Shown: piece after piece, positions 1-10,914 of the stretch
Layout: each line of letters begins with the position of its first letter
How positions within the stretch are numbered: position 1 is the stretch's first letter
From: Octopus sinensis
Taxonomy: Eukaryota
Assembly (NCBI RefSeq): GCF_006345805.1
Contig: NC_042997.1
Location: 182,280,001 to 182,344,000 of the forward strand
Length of the DNA stretch: 64,000 bases
Direction: 5' to 3'
The notes under the pieces: generated by a model
Seen by the model: only the letters and a program-made list of their open reading frames with translations
Database searches by the model: none
What the model was told of the DNA's origin: nothing
Position numbers and translations under genes: made by a program

Positions 1-1255
1 CCTATTGAAATATATTTGCCTGTGTCCTCTATTGAATGTTTTCTCAAGGCTAGCCGTCTTTTGTGAGCTATCTCTAGCACATATGGCTGTTAAAACATCT
101 AACAGTGCCCAGTAGATTTACTACATGTAGGCAGATTATTATAAAACTTTTTATTTTATTTTATTTTCTATATTGGTATTACTGTTTTAATTCTCATTTG
201 TATGACCTCAATGTTGAATGCCAATCAATGTTAAGAAGCGTCTGTTTTGAGGCACACATTGGAAAATTTGCCCCCATTTTTTCCTCTTATAGGTTTCTTT
301 GAGAACACAAACATCTTTAGTTTGATTTTTAAATTCATTTCTTTTTGCATTTTTTTTTAAATTATTTGATTATAATTTTTATCAGTTTGACTGTATCATC
401 TGCACTGAAATGATAAAATTTTGTGTCTCACAATCTAAGAATCTAATTGTTATTATGAGGTTCTTTTCTTCAAGTCATTGTTGTATTTTTTATATGTAAC
501 ATATTCGAAAATAATTCAATAACACATTTCTTTTAATTTTGTAGCTGTTTCATTTGAAATGTCTTAAATAGCCATTTGGTATGTCTTGCGACAAATTTTT
601 GTCTAATCTCAATTATTTTCCTGGTGAAGAAGAGAATAGAAGTTTTCTTGAAATTCTATCATTTCCAATTAAAATATTTATCTTGTCTTTATTTCCTTAG
701 CTTATTCTAAAACAGTTTTTCAAAAGCTTCAATTTAAGGCTTTTATTTGTTTTAAAGAAAATCATTCTGTTTCAGTGGTTAAAATAATAAAACTGCACCT
801 GCACAATTTCAATTTGCACTTTTGAATACTCAAATAACTAAAGTTCAAATTTTCCATTGGTTGTCTCAGACTGTGCATGACTATAGCATACATTTTTTTC
901 TCAGATTTTATTTGTTTTATTTTATTATTCCTGCCATACTATACAAATGGCCAATTAGACGGTTGAATTATTTATTATTGGTTTGAATTAGACTCACATG
1001 TTTCACTTTTTTTTTTTTTTTTTTTTTTGTACTTTGCTACATATTTCTCAAGAAATTGTTGAAACCTGTGTTGCTGTAATATTAGTAAACTAGAATCTTG
1101 GTTTATTTTTCTTGCTCTTAGGCCTGAATGCTTCCATTTTAGAGTTGGCTGAAATTTGGTTGTTTCTTTTTTACATACATACAAACACACATGTTCACAA
1201 TTACAAGCACAGACATCATTATGTTCTTGTGTGTGTGTAGATATATATATATATG

Positions 1256-1322
<67 letters not shown>

Positions 1323-1577
1323 GGGGTGGAGAAGAGAGACACATAGATATATAATACACACATATATATATATATGTATGTATGTATATCTATATATGTA
1401 TATACACACATTGTGGTATGTATGTAGTGTACCTGAGTGCTGTATACAATAAGATCGTTATTTTTGTATATATACATATGTGTATGTATGTATATATATA
1501 TATATATATAATATATATATATATATTTACATTATTTATAATGGATGGATAGGTGTCCTCATCTTGTTTGTTGTTAT

Positions 1578-1619
1578 CACAACATTTCAGCTGATGTACT
1601 CTCCAACCTTCATCAGGTG
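1578..1619 (-). ncRNA. Minimal hammerhead-like motif (left arm, slightly degenerate)
   Basis: Minus strand reads cac-CTGATGA-a-ggttg-gagagtacat-cagct-GAAAT-GTT-gtg. Confidence 0.45.
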
Positions 1620-1802
1620 TTCTGATGGAATTTTGAACCCAACCGTTTATTTGACTAATGGGGTACACTGTTCTCATTCCTAAGGTATGTTGCTGATGAA
1701 AAATAATATCAACAGAAAAATAACATCAGCAACATGCCTTAGGAATGAGAACTGTGTACCCCATTAGTCAAATAAAGGGTTGGGTTCAAAATTCCACCAG
1801 AA

Positions 1803-1844
1803 CACCTGATGAAGGCTGGAGAAGACAACAGCCGAAACGTTGTG
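1803..1844 (+). ncRNA. Minimal type I hammerhead ribozyme motif (right arm of the inverted repeat)
   Basis: Stem I CAC 1803-05/GTG 1842-44; core CTGATGA 1806-12; stem II GGCTG/CAGCC; GAAAC 1834-38; GTT cleavage triplet; palindromic AACGTT stem III. Confidence 0.6.
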
Positions 1845-1879
1845 ATAACAACAAACAAGATGACACCTCTCCATCCATT

Positions 1880-2275
1880 AGAAATAATGTATATAAATGT
1901 GTATATATGTATTTATATGTGTATGTATGTATATAAATGTGTATATATGTATTTATATGTGTATGTATGTATATAAATGTGTATATATGTATTTATGTAT
2001 ATATATATATGTATTTATATATGTATTTATGTATATATATATATGTATTTATATATGTATTTATGTATATATATATATGTATTTATATATGTATTTATGT
2101 ATATATATATATGTATTTATGTATATATATATATATGTATTTATATATGTATTTATGTGTATATATATATGTAGTTATATGCGTATATATATATATGTAT
2201 TTATGTGTTTATATGTATATATGTTTTATATGTGTGTGTATTTATGCATGTATATATATATGTGTGTGTGTGTTG
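1880..2275. repeat. Compound (TA)n/(GTAT)n microsatellite
   Basis: Low-complexity tandem repeats; they produce the YI/VC-rich pseudo-ORFs in the track. Confidence 0.95.
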
Positions 2276-2329
2276 AGGTGCATAGCTTAGAGGTTAGGGT
2301 GTGTGCATAGCTTGGAGGTTTGGGTGCGT

Positions 2330-2500
2330 GCTTAGCTTAGAGGTTAGGGTGCTGGACTCCTGATCGTAATATTGTGGTTTTGATTCTTGGTTTGGGTGAT
2401 GTCTTGTGCTCTTGAGCAAAACACTTCATTTCACATTGCTCCAGTACACTCACCTGGTAAAAATGAGTAATCCTGTGACATACCAACATCCCATCCAGAG
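2330..2500 (+). mobile_element. tRNA-derived SINE, decayed
   Basis: tRNA-like head followed by the core ttgagcaaaacacttcatttcacattgctccagt; same family as 16494-16830. Confidence 0.65.
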
Positions 2501-2536
<36 letters not shown>

Positions 2537-2578
2537 CAGCCCTATCCTCCTTCCAAAGGAATGGAGACTAACTATATA

Positions 2579-3368
2579 CAGGGTGAGGCAGAGAGGAGAG
2601 CCTTTTTTGAAAAATTCACAAAATTATTAATTTTTGCTGCAAACAAATTTTATTGGCATCAATGTGTTCATTTGAATTAGCATTTGTCAAAATCAAGTGT
2701 GGAAAACAAAATCCATCATGTGGTTTCCTTCTTCATTGATGCATTGCTCTGTTGATTTGGGTGACTTCCATGTGAATAGCTTCCTTCAAATCATCCAATG
2801 TACAGGGCTTTTGTGCATACACACGTGCCTTGAGGTTTCCCCACAAAAAATAATCACACTTGGACAAATCAGGGGACTGAGGAGGACAAGAAATGTTAGC
2901 AAACCTGGAAATAAGGCAGTCACCAAAGAGAGAACAAAGAATGTTCATTGATGCTCTGGTTGTGTGGCCTGTCACCCCATCCTGCTGAAACTACGCACAT
3001 GAATAGGCATACATTTTCATCATAATTCAGGCACAAAGAAGTTGTTTATCATCTCAAGGTAATGCTCAGAGTTCACAGTAATAGCATTTCCATTATTGTC
3101 TTCAAAAAAGTATGGACTAATGACAGCAGCTTTTACAACAGCACACCAGACTCTTACTTTTGGGCTATGCAGTGGTCTTTGGTGCAGTTCCCTTGGATTT
3201 TCAAAAGCCCAGTACCAACAATTCTGTTGATTCACCATGCCATTGAAATGAAAATGAGCTTCATCACTCATTAACAAAATAAGGTTTGTTATTTGCCTCA
3301 AAAATTGCTTCCATCTGACAGAGGAAGTTAAGCTGCTGTGCATAGTTTCATGGTTTCAACTGTTGCTC
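2579..3368 (-). mobile_element. Tc1/mariner-superfamily transposase remnant (maT/rosa-like), broken
   Basis: Minus-strand peptides SDEAHFHFNGMVNQQNC..., PLHSPKVRVWCAV, PYFFED, PPQSPDLSKCDYFLWGNLKARVY. End begins TA-CAGGGTG. Multiple stops and frameshifts. Confidence 0.85.
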
Positions 3369-3958
3369 AGTGACCAATTTGTACAGGTGGAAACACAGGT
3401 CTTCATGTAAGATCTTCTTAGTAAGTAGGAAAGCAGACAAATCACAAATCCCTTCAGGTAGATGGCCTTGCTCAATCTGCAGAAAAGGTGTTGGTAGAAA
3501 CTCCATAAGATGTACCCGATGTAAGCTATGGACACATAAGAGGTGCAGCAATGTCAAAGGAATGTTAACTGGGAAGATAGTTTTTGTGTGTGGCAAATGT
3601 ACAGAAAACAGTTGATAGCTTCATTACCTAGGTGACCAAGTCAATAGCGAGGGTGGGTGCTCTGAGAGTGTAGCTGCTAGAATAAGAATAACCAGAGCAA
3701 AGTTCAGAGAGCTCCTACATCTGCTGGTAACAAAGGGTCTCTCACTCAGAGTGAAAGGTAGACTGTATGATGCATGTGTGTGGACAGCCATGTTACACAG
3801 TGAAACATGGGCTGTGACTGCTGAGAACATGCATAGGCTTGAAAGAAATGAATCTAGTATGTTCCACTGGATGTGTAATGTCAGTGTGCACACATGACAG
3901 AGTGTAAGCGCTCAGAGAAAAAAGTTGGGCATAGGAAGCATCAGATGTGATGTGATCG
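3369..3958 (+). mobile_element. RTE-clade LINE ORF fragment (C-terminal RT region with CxxC zinc-finger-like segment)
   Basis: WPCSICRKGVGRNSIRCTRCKLWTHKRCS, then YLGDQV...LSLRVKGRLYDACV...SETWAVTAENMHRLERNE, typical of RTE ORF2; frameshifted. Confidence 0.85.
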
Positions 3959-3984
3959 CTAGCCACTAAACCTTTTTTTAAATT

Positions 3985-4170
3985 TTTTTCTTCCTTTTTT
4001 TTTTTTTTATTTTCTCTCTCTGTTTATTTCTGTGTTCCTTTCTGTTGTAGAGCATAGGCTTGAAACGTAAAAGACTTTCTCTCTTCCCGAGCGTTAAACT
4101 AATACATCTATTTGTTGTTTACACACCCGTCTTTGTCTTTTGTTGTGTTTGTTTTTTGTAAATTCCAACT
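3985..4170 (+). mobile_element. Penelope-like-derived short repeat with degenerate hammerhead
   Basis: cttt-CTGTTGT-agagc-atag-gctt-GAAAC-GTA-aaag (4038-4073): hammerhead topology with a mutated CUGANGA core. Confidence 0.45.
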
Positions 4171-4195
4171 ATATATATATACACACATACACGGG

Positions 4196-4385
4196 TGAAA
4201 TGTTTAGCGGTATTTCGTCTGCTGTTACATTCTGAGTTCAAATTGCTGAGGTTGATTTTGCCTTTCATCCTTTCAGGGTGGATCAGATACATTCCAGTTA
4301 CACACTGGGGTCAATGCAATTGACTTAATCCCTTTGTCTGTCCTTGTTTGTCCCTTCTGTGTTTAGCCCCGTGTGGGCAGTAAAG
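4196..4385 (+). mobile_element. SINE (family with core ttctgagttcaaattccgccgaggtcgactttgcctttcatcc)
   Basis: Matches copies at 17345, 17607, 35870, 39110, 51085 and 51480. Confidence 0.8.
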
Positions 4386-4408
4386 AAATATGTATATGTA
4401 TGTACGTA

Positions 4409-4465
<57 letters not shown>

Positions 4466-4553
4466 ACATATATGTGTACATATATATATGTGTGTGTGTG
4501 TATATATATATACATATATGTATATATATATATGTGTGTGTATAATATATGTG

Positions 4554-4586
<33 letters not shown>

Positions 4587-4773
4587 ATTATATATATATT
4601 GTTTACAGTCAGAGAACACACATGCAGACAAGGGGAAATACAAACTTACAGCTTCTGCCTACTAATTTCATTTTCAAGGTATTGCTTGATCCACCACTAT
4701 AGTACAGAATGCCTGCTTATTGCATTCATGCAGGAAGGACATACACCTAACCATGTGGTTCCCAAGATATGTA

Positions 4774-6000
4774 TGAGGTGGTATCAAAGAGTTCCCAGAC
4801 TAGTTATGTTTAATAAAAAGTAACTTATTGACCTAAGTTTTTAACATCATCACCTTCAAAATAGTCACTTTGCGCACCATTCCTGCCACTTTTGGAATCC
4901 AGCCTGGAAGTTGTTTTTCATAAGTGAGTCAAAGACTTTCTGTGATTCATTCTTGATTTCAACAATGGTGTTAAAACGGCAGCTTTTGAGCTGCATTTTC
5001 ATCTTGGGGAAGAGAAGGAAGATGCTAAATCTGGCAAATAGGGAGGGTGTGGAAGCAATACCATGTTGTTTTGGGCGAAAAACTCATGAGTGAGGAGAGC
5101 TCAGTGTGCACTGTCTCATGAAGAATCCAGTTCTTTATGCTCCACAGATCCAGTTGCTTTCACCAGATGTCCTCCTTCAAATGCTTCAAAACATCACAAT
5201 AGAACTCTCAATTAACAGTCTGGCCCTGGAGGATGATTTCTCAATGCACAATACCACAAATGTCAAAAAAAACGATGTGCATGATCATGATTGAACTACT
5301 ACTCTGTCGTGTCTTCTTCAGTTGTGGAGATGCAGGCCTCTTCCATTGTGATGACTGTTGCATCATCTCATGGTCGTACCTATAGACCCAACTTCCATCA
5401 CTGGTGACGATCCTCAACATGAAGGATGGTTCATCAGTGGTACACAGACGGAGATCTTGACAGACTTCAACATGATGTCCTTTTTGCTGTGGTCAGCAGG
5501 TGAGGGACAAACTTGGCAGACACACGCCACATGTTCAATTCAGACATTAGGGTTGCCTGCACAGACCCATATGACAGACCAACAAGATCAGCAATTTTGT
5601 TGATTGACCTTCGATGATCCTCATGCACAAGCTGATAAATCTTCTCCACATTCCTGGGGGTGACACTCATAGCAGGTCTTCCAGGTCGCTCATCATTTTC
5701 CAGGGACATACTTCTGCTTTTGAAATGCCCATACCACTCAAAACATTGCATACAACCCATTGCCTCATCGCCATAAGCTTGTCAAAGTGTGCTCTGTAGC
5801 AGACTTTCCAAGTTTAATGCAAAATTTTATGTTGGCTCTTTGTCCATGACAAAAACACGAATTTCACAAGTTGTAAAATAAACAGTGATGTCACTCAGCA
5901 CACTGCCTCATGAAGGTCACTGCTAGCTCCCACAGTGCACACAACCATGTACTACCATCTGTTGGTGTATTACAGAACTAGTCTGGGAACTTTTTGATAC
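4774..6000 (-). mobile_element. Near full-length mariner (DD34D-type) transposon, inactive
   Basis: TIRs gtatcaaagagttcccagactagtt (4781-4805) and aactagtctgggaactttttgatac (5976-6000). Minus ORF 5467-5760 is a mariner HTH region (ENDERPGRP...VSAKFVPHLLT); catalytic part is disrupted. Confidence 0.9.
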
Positions 6001-6264
6001 ATATATGTAGATATGTAAATAATTCACACACATACATTTATACACAAGCATGAGTGTGTGGATCATATCATTTTAATGTTTTGTTTTGTTTTTTTCTATG
6101 CCTGAAATGAAACTTGGCCAGATACCCTTACTGTCACTGAATCAAACCTCTTAAGACAAGAGAAAGCTACAAATTCATATGCACATACACATCTATACAC
6201 ACACACACACACACACATTATGATATAAATATATACAATTATATATAAGTATACACACACACAC

Positions 6265-6815
6265 ACAAAGTGCATTCCAGTGTTTTAAGACCATTTCAAG
6301 AGACGTTTATTAATTTCTGAGAAGTACAAAACTCTAATCTCCTTCAAAGTAGGATCCTCTGATTTCAATGCACTTGTTGTAGCACTCCAGCCACTTCATG
6401 AAGGCTCCATTGATATCCTCCAAAGTGAAGGTGTCCAGGACCCTTGTCACAGCCTTATTCATCTTCTCAATGTATTCAAAACAACTGCCCTCTGAGGTTC
6501 TCCTTCAGCCTGGAGAACAACCAAAAGTCACAGGGAGCAAAGTCTAGACTATAGGGAGGGTGAGGGATAGTTTTGATGTCCATTTTTGTCAAGTAATTGG
6601 TTACCAAGAGAGAATTGTGACAAGCAGTGTTAAGTAGCTGTAGCAGGCAGTGTTTTATTGGGTGTCTTTACAGCCATCCCCTTCAATCTGGAATTTAAAA
6701 AAGTTGGCAGATCTACATATTAGATGTATAAAAAGGATATACTAAAATTTCAGTAATCTAGGACAGTTATAACTGCTTCTCCTAAAAAGTCTCAAAGCTT
6801 CTAGAATGCACTTCA
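6265..6815. mobile_element. Internally deleted mariner-like element/MITE
   Basis: Short TIRs aagtgcattccag and ctagaatgcactt; the interior resembles mariner 3' sequence (ttcaaagtaggatcctctgatttcaatgcacttgttgtagc). Confidence 0.6.
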
Positions 6816-6921
6816 TATGTGTGTGTGTGTGTGTGTGTGTATAGTGTACTGTTCCACTAAGGTAAGATAAACAAAATGATCTTACCTTAGATTATATATA
6901 CACACACACACACACATGTAT

Positions 6922-7150
6922 GTATCATCATCATTTCACATCAATGTTCCATGCTGGTATGAGTTGGACAGTCTGACAGAATTTGATAGGACCAGACACT
7001 GCATCATGCTCTAGTATCTGCTTTGGCTTGATTTCTACATTTGGCTGCCCTCCTAATACCAACCGCTTTACAGTGTATACTGGATGCTTTTTTTCATGCC
7101 ACTTGCACTATTGAGGTCGCTATGCAGCTTGCAAGAATATGAACCTCGAA
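6922..7150 (-). mobile_element. RTE 3'-tail repeat, decayed
   Basis: Begins catcatcatcatttcacatcaatgttccatgctgg, the reverse complement of the ATG-tailed family. Confidence 0.7.
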
Positions 7151-10100
7151 GGAGCAGCTTTGTGCTTGGAGATGAGCAGTAAAAGTATAAGGAGCCACAG
7201 AACACACATGCACACACACACACACACACACATATATATGTATGCAAGGCTTCTCACAGTTTCTGTCCGCCATTTTCACTCACAAGAGTGAGCAAAACTC
7301 CTTGTAGGCTCCTGCTAACCACTACTACAATCCCTTTAAGTAGCTACAAATGGGTTAGCCAGCAAGTAGGTTAGCCTCTAAAAGTCATTGGTGTTGTCAT
7401 ATCTGGTGGCAATCCTCTGCTTAAGAGTCAGTTCCACTTATACCAACTAATAAACAATAACACCACTCTGTAAAATGTATAGCAGGAAGCAGCACATCAA
7501 GATATTAAGTTACCTTCGAACCAGAGCTCTTGAAGAAATATCTGCTTCAGAGTTAACTTCACGAAATTTACTCAATGTCCAGGTGAAGTGATAGTATTAG
7601 ACTCTCTAATGAATTAGATATACCACCCTTAGCCAACAGAAAAACTATTACCATTGTTACTTTGGTATTGAAATAAATTAGCTCATGGTTTCTCTTCATA
7701 TTTCCTGATCAGAAGTGTAGTGTCAAGTTTTTCATGGTCACATTATATATTCTTCAAAAATTAATTGAAAGAGATCATGGTTGGAATATGAGAAACTGCT
7801 TTCCTATTCACAGAATTTTGGAGATATTATTTTTTTAAAAATTGTGAAGGTTCCTTTCATGCAGATATTTCATTTGTAATAGTATTTTTGTCATATAGTT
7901 AAGTCCTGTTACTTACCAGAGAATGTTATTCTTTAAACAAAAATGAAATTTTATATAAGGTGTGTATATGTGTATGTCTGGACTTGGAGTGAGTATTACC
8001 TTGCTTGAAAATAGACGAAGGTTGGCAATGGGAAGAGCGTCCAACCAAAGAAATCTGCTTCAGTGAATTCTGTTTGACTCATGTAAGCATGGAAAAGAAC
8101 AAAATTATATATATGTGTGTATGTCTATACACATACTTACACACAATATATATACTCACACACACACACATACATATTTTCTGTGGTGCTGTAATATCAG
8201 TTTTATTTGGAATCTAATTTTCATTTTCATACATTTGAAACGTTATCTAGTTTTGCTCTCTAACTCTAAGGAAAATTTATCTCATTCTCTTTACAAACAT
8301 ATTACTTCTCAATAAAAATTTTATTGATATGAATGTATAAATTCTCAGTGTTTCCATTAATGTGCGTAAAGTAAAAATCAAAATATTTGTTATCATCATC
8401 ATTATTAATTCTCTTTTTTTACACATATCGATGATATTTTGTAAGCCAGTTCTTTGATATTAACATAGGATAAGTAAACTTTAATATTATCTTTATTCGA
8501 AGTCTTCTGAAGGAACACTATTTCACCAATTTATAAAGCTTTTTCTCTTTCAGCTGAGCTAGCATTTGTTTTTTGTGTTAATCACAGCTCCTTTCCACTT
8601 TACTTTTCATCTTTATCTTGTAAAATAAATCATCAGAGTTTATTCTCACTTAACAGTTTTTTTTTCTAATATGTAATTGTACTATCCACTTTTATTGTCA
8701 TAACATGGTTTATTTTTTATTTATTGACTTTTATTTGTTTTTATTTTATTTTATAAATTTGCTGTTTTAGCTTACATTTTAATTTTTATGTTTATTCTAA
8801 GGGTAAATAATTTTCCACAACATTTTTTGTTTATTAATGTTAATAACAAAATCAGATCTAAAGTTTACACGCTCTTAGTTCCAAATGTATATTCTTTAAA
8901 ACAATTATGTAATTATCAAATATTGTCTTAATCAATTAGAAAACACTAAAGATCACTTAACTGAATTTTGAGTTAATAAACAATATGATTTTTCACTATT
9001 GTGTTATTAATCTTCTAACTACTCTCATCATTTAAGAATGCCAAAATTTAAGTTTGATTTGGTTTTTCTCCATTACTAGATGTCATCGTAATATGCTGAA
9101 GGTTTTATATTTAACTTTGGGCAGTTAATATACATCCTTTCTTAGATAAAATACTGGTTTTGTCATAGTTCTCTCCCATATGGTCTAAACGAATACTAAA
9201 AACTAACAAAATACATACCATTTACACATTGGTACCCTATTGCTTGAGTTGGTGAACTGTACCGCTTCAAGACCTAACTACATTTGGGTGGACTGGGATA
9301 TTGAGATACACAGCACAGCATTATTAGCTAGAATGCTTGTGACTTAACAATCTGATCAGCTGGAAAGCTGCTTATCATTAAATACATCTTCCCTATATTC
9401 AGGTTCAAACAGTTTTTTTTATTCCTTATGGGTCTCATACCAATCAAAATATTTTTCAATTTCTATGAAATATAAAAACGAAAATTGAAAGTATGCAAGT
9501 CAATTCCATTGGAATATGTTCCAACTAGTGCATTACTTAAATCTCTCATTCGGCTCTCCATAATAACTTATAAAAATAAGCAAAATGCTTTTGTTTCAAA
9601 ACTGCAGCTCAGTCAATTATTATCTATTTTCATTAATGATTTATCATGATTAAAGCTTCTGAATAATGATAATCAAAATATTAACTGATCGATCTGCCCA
9701 GTTATTTCATCAGTTGACATTTCATGTTACTGCAGCTATTTTATTTAATCAGTCCTTCCCTTCTTTCATATCTCATTTAGTTCTCATGTCATTATGTCAA
9801 TTCTAAAGCCCTCCCTGTAACTCTCCTTGTGTTACATCAAATAGCCTTCCATGTGACATATCCCTTATCATGTCCTGTCAGTACAATTGCCTTGTCATGC
9901 CCAGTATTGAACTGTGTTGCATTTAGACCCCTGCCCCCAATACATTATCCACTAGGCTTAAAACTAATGTTGTGCAGTTGATATCAATGTTTAACCCTTA
10001 CAGGCTAACTTGTGAAATTGTATTTCTTTTTTTAAAACTTTTGCATTGTTTTCTGCTGTTTTCTTAATTGTTTGTTTATATTTGTTTTATGTTAAAGCTG

Positions 10101-10883
10101 CTTGTCTAAATAAATTCATGTTTTTTTTTTGTTTTTGTTGTTTTTTTAATAGGGATTTCCATTCTTATGTTTTCATGTTAATGGCATACTATGAATGTAA
10201 CTGTACAGTTTTATATGTAATGAGTAATTCAGAGATGTTTATATCAATCAGATGTTTGTAAATAAGCAAAATAATCTTTACCCTATGGGCAGTTATGTAA
10301 CATTCAAAATAATCATTGATACTCTAATTATGAGTAGCTGCTGTTATCTATTCAAACTGTACTATACCTGTTTTAGCATTAGTTGATCAGATCAGTAAAA
10401 TATGCTTCTGTTCTTCATTTTACCTATGAAATGCTATTTGTTACGTAATAAATTCTAACAGATACTTTATGTTGCATTACATTTGTATTTGTATGTATAT
10501 ATGTAATGTGTGTGTGTGTATGTGTGTGTACACACTCACATATTCATATGTTTGTGCATGCATGTGCTCAGTATATAGTTATTAGCTGGTTTGTTAACTC
10601 ATTGACAGCAGTAAACTATAATCTATCCATGATAGATTTGTATAAATTGTCCCAATATAATGAATAAATTACTAGAAGTTATGATCTTTAAAAGGGTGGA
10701 AGACAATATCAGTACCATAAGCTAGTTTGTAATGTTTTTATATTCAGTTCTTTTTTGTCACTATTTTAAGAAATCACTTCTTCTGTATATCATTTGTTGC
10801 TAGAAATAACTCTTGGGGAAAATTATATATGTGTATATATATATATACATACATACACACACACATATATGTTTGTATGTGTG

Positions 10884-10914
<31 letters not shown>

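Larger units (their letters stand above)
1526..1893. repeat. Long inverted repeat (arms ~1526-1698 and ~1724-1893, 25-nt spacer) of a Penelope-like/hammerhead-bearing repeat
   Basis: The arms are reverse complements with a few mismatches (e.g. ggtgtcctcatcttgtttgttgttatcacaac vs gttgtgataacaacaaacaagatgacacc). Both sides are flanked by (TA)n-type microsatellite. Confidence 0.9.

Noticed and set aside
975-2310. Long ORFs rich in YI/VC/HT dipeptides (also near 4311-4823, 10774-11134, 27850-28087 and 40128-40493)
   Set aside because: They are translations of (TA)n/(TG)n/(CA)n microsatellites with no coding signal.
2280-2350. TTAGGG-containing 26-bp triplicated unit resembling telomeric sequence
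   Set aside because: It has only isolated TTAGGG hexamers and is better explained as a duplicated SINE head.
9681-9720. Minus-strand CTGATGA followed by a hairpin
   Set aside because: No GAAA or stem III follows, so it is not a hammerhead.
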